NCBI GenBank assembly: GCA_028819215.1
Contig: JAPPMG010000102.1
Location: 69,541 to 133,540 of the forward strand
From: Bryobacterales bacterium
Lineage (GTDB): Bacteria; Acidobacteriota; Terriglobia; Bryobacterales; UBA6623
Length of the DNA: 64,000 nucleotides
Reading direction: 5' to 3'
The translations under genes were made by a program, and so were the position numbers. The first letter of the stretch is position 1, and each line of letters opens with the position of its first letter. The notes under the pieces are model-generated. The model was given only the letters and a program-made list of their open reading frames with translations, did not search any database and had not been told where the DNA came from. Shown one piece after another: positions 62,572 through 64,000 of the stretch.

Positions 62572-64000
62572 TCAGCCTTCCAGCACCACGGGGACAATCA
62601 GCGGCTGGCTCTGACGCGAGGTCTTGCGGGCCAGATAGCGCCGGAACTCGCCCCGGATCTTGTCCTCCATCAGCGCCACATCCAGCCGTTCTTCCGAGCT
62701 GCTGGACCGCACAGCGTCGCTGATGATCGCCTGTGCTCCGCCCAGCATCGCCTCGGACCCCTCCGAGACGACAAATCCGCGATCCAAGATCTCGATGTCC
62801 ACAGCCTTGCCGGTCCTTTCGTCGATAGTGACCACCGGGACGATCACGCCGAACTCGGACAGGCGCCGCCTGTCGCGCAGCGCGCCGTCATGGATGACCT
62901 CGCTGCGCGTGCCGGTGTCGATCAGCCGGTGGCCCACCGGCACCTTTTCCGGCAGCACGCGAGCCCCGAACTCGTCCAGTTGCAGCACGTTGCCGTTCCC
63001 GAGGATGAACGAGTCCTGCAGGTCGTCGCCCCGAACCTGCATCGCCAGTGAACGGTGCTGCGCCAGTTGCCTGTATTCTCCGTGAATCGGCACGAAGTAT
63101 CGCGGGCGAACGAGATTGAGGATCAGCTTCAGCTCCTCGCGGCAGGGGTGGCCGGAAACATGCAAGCCCGGGCAGACGTCCCCGTAGAGCACCTTCGCGC
63201 CGCGGCGGTACAGGTGATCGATCACCTTGAAGATCGCGCTCTCGTTGCCGGGAATCATCTTGGCGCTGAACGCCACGATGTCGCCGTCTTCGATGTCGAC
63301 CAAATTGTGCTGGCCGACGGCGGCGCGGGTCAGCGAAGAACGTGGCTCGCCCTGCGATCCGGCGATGATGGTGGCGCGGTCGTGTCGCGGGTGGAGCTCA
63401 AGGTCAGATGGATCGAGCAACGTTCCCGGCGGAATCCGCAGGATGCCGAGGTCCATGGCGATGTTGCAGGCGCTATCGAGGCTCCTGCCGACCAGCGCGA
63501 CCTTGCGGCGGTGCTCCACCGCTCGATCCACGATCTGCTGCACCCGGTGGATCGCCGAGGAAAAGCACGTGAAGAACAGGGCCTGCTCGGCCTTGAGGAA
63601 GATGTCGTCAAGCACCGGGCCGACCGCTTGTTCCGACGCGCTGAAGCCCGGCACGTCGGCGTTAGTCGAGTCAGCCAGCAGCAGCAACACGCCGCGCTTG
63701 CCGTACTCGGCGAACTGCTCGAAGTCAAAGACGCGCCCGTCGAGCGGAGTTTGGTCAATCTTGAAGTCGCCGGTATGTAGCAGCAAGCCCTGCGGCGTGG
63801 AGATCGCCAGCGCGAGGCATTGCGCGGTGCTGTGGGTTACGTGAACGCCTTCGATCGTGAAGCAGCCCAGCCGGATCTCTTCCCCTGCGGCGATCGTCGT
63901 CAAGCTGGGCGGCGTGAGCAAGGTAAATTCGGAGATCTGCTTGCGCACCAGGCCCAGCGTGAACGCGGTGCCGTAGATCGGCACATCGTCGATTTGCTCG
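62572..64000 (-). CDS. rnj: ribonuclease J (metallo-beta-lactamase / beta-CASP), 5' end outside window
   Basis: ORF 62572..63984 (-). The frame stays open to the window edge (EQIDDVPIYGT...), so the N-terminus is missing. LLLADSTNADVPGFSASE, HVSGHPCREELKLILNLVRPRYFVPIHGEYRQL. TGA stop at 62572-62574. Confidence 0.85.
   Translation of the reverse strand, partial: EQIDDVPIYGTAFTLGLVRKQISEFTLLTPPSLTTIAAGEEIRLGCFTIEGVHVTHSTAQCLALAISTPQGLLLHTGDFKIDQTPLDGRVFDFEQFAEYGKRGVLLLLADSTNADVPGFSASEQAVGPVLDDIFLKAEQALFFTCFSSAIHRVQQIVDRAVEHRRKVALVGRSLDSACNIAMDLGILRIPPGTLLDPSDLELHPRHDRATIIAGSQGEPRSSLTRAAVGQHNLVDIEDGDIVAFSAKMIPGNESAIFKVIDHLYRRGAKVLYGDVCPGLHVSGHPCREELKLILNLVRPRYFVPIHGEYRQLAQHRSLAMQVRGDDLQDSFILGNGNVLQLDEFGARVLPEKVPVGHRLIDTGTRSEVIHDGALRDRRRLSEFGVIVPVVTIDERTGKAVDIEILDRGFVVSEGSEAMLGGAQAIISDAVRSSSSEERLDVALMEDKIRGEFRRYLARKTSRQSQPLIVPVVLEG

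Noticed and set aside
1-64000. Apparent abundance of CTAG-containing sites (CCTAGG, GCTAGC, TCTAGA) and CTA leucine codons, considered as a compositional oddity or engineered signature
   Set aside because: A rough count in the first 7 kb gives about one CTAG per 400 bp. That is close to the expectation from base composition. It indicates a lack of the CTAG avoidance seen in some bacteria, not enrichment.

Overview
GC-rich bacterial chromosomal window with about 55 protein-coding genes and one tmRNA (ssrA, 6504-6856). I saw no rRNA, tRNA or CRISPR array. Housekeeping genes (scpA-scpB-rluB, ssrA, panE, nadC, tal, rnj, an lpxL-like acyltransferase) are mixed with many exported enzymes carrying Sec, TAT or lipoprotein signals. 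These include three Cys-type sulfatases (one frameshifted), three TAT-signal Gfo/Idh/MocA enzymes, and SGNH, CocE/NonD, amidohydrolase, dienelactone hydrolase and nucleoside hydrolase genes. Also exported are an ADP-ribosylglycohydrolase-like lipoprotein, a YHYH protein, two tandem LRR proteins and a DUF1592-type di-haem protein paired with DUF1552. This content resembles Planctomycetota, Verrucomicrobiota or Acidobacteriota heterotrophs; the phylum cannot be fixed without a database search. Mobile or accessory signals are modest: three type II toxin-antitoxin loci (one with a frameshifted PIN toxin beside ssrA) and a truncated IS5/IS1182-like transposase with a sharply AT-rich 5' patch. I did not find a clear-cut new system: there is no reverse transcriptase, Cas gene, integrase or unexplained repeat array. 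The best follow-up candidates are function-unknown modules: (1) the DUF1592/DUF1552 pair with neighbouring tandem LRR genes and an orphan FtsX permease; (2) a translationally coupled unknown 658-aa protein plus BNR propeller; (3) an exported, motif-divergent ADP-ribosylglycohydrolase-like lipoprotein next to a YHYH protein with a Cys-rich tail; (4) a gldA / fused gldF-gldG / DUF4340-like operon. The many long antisense ORFs in the track are treated as GC-driven shadow ORFs. The ORF track counts GTG and TTG as starts, so several starts were moved to internal ATG/GTG codons that yield sensible signal peptides. All family calls come from motif recognition by eye, not from searches.
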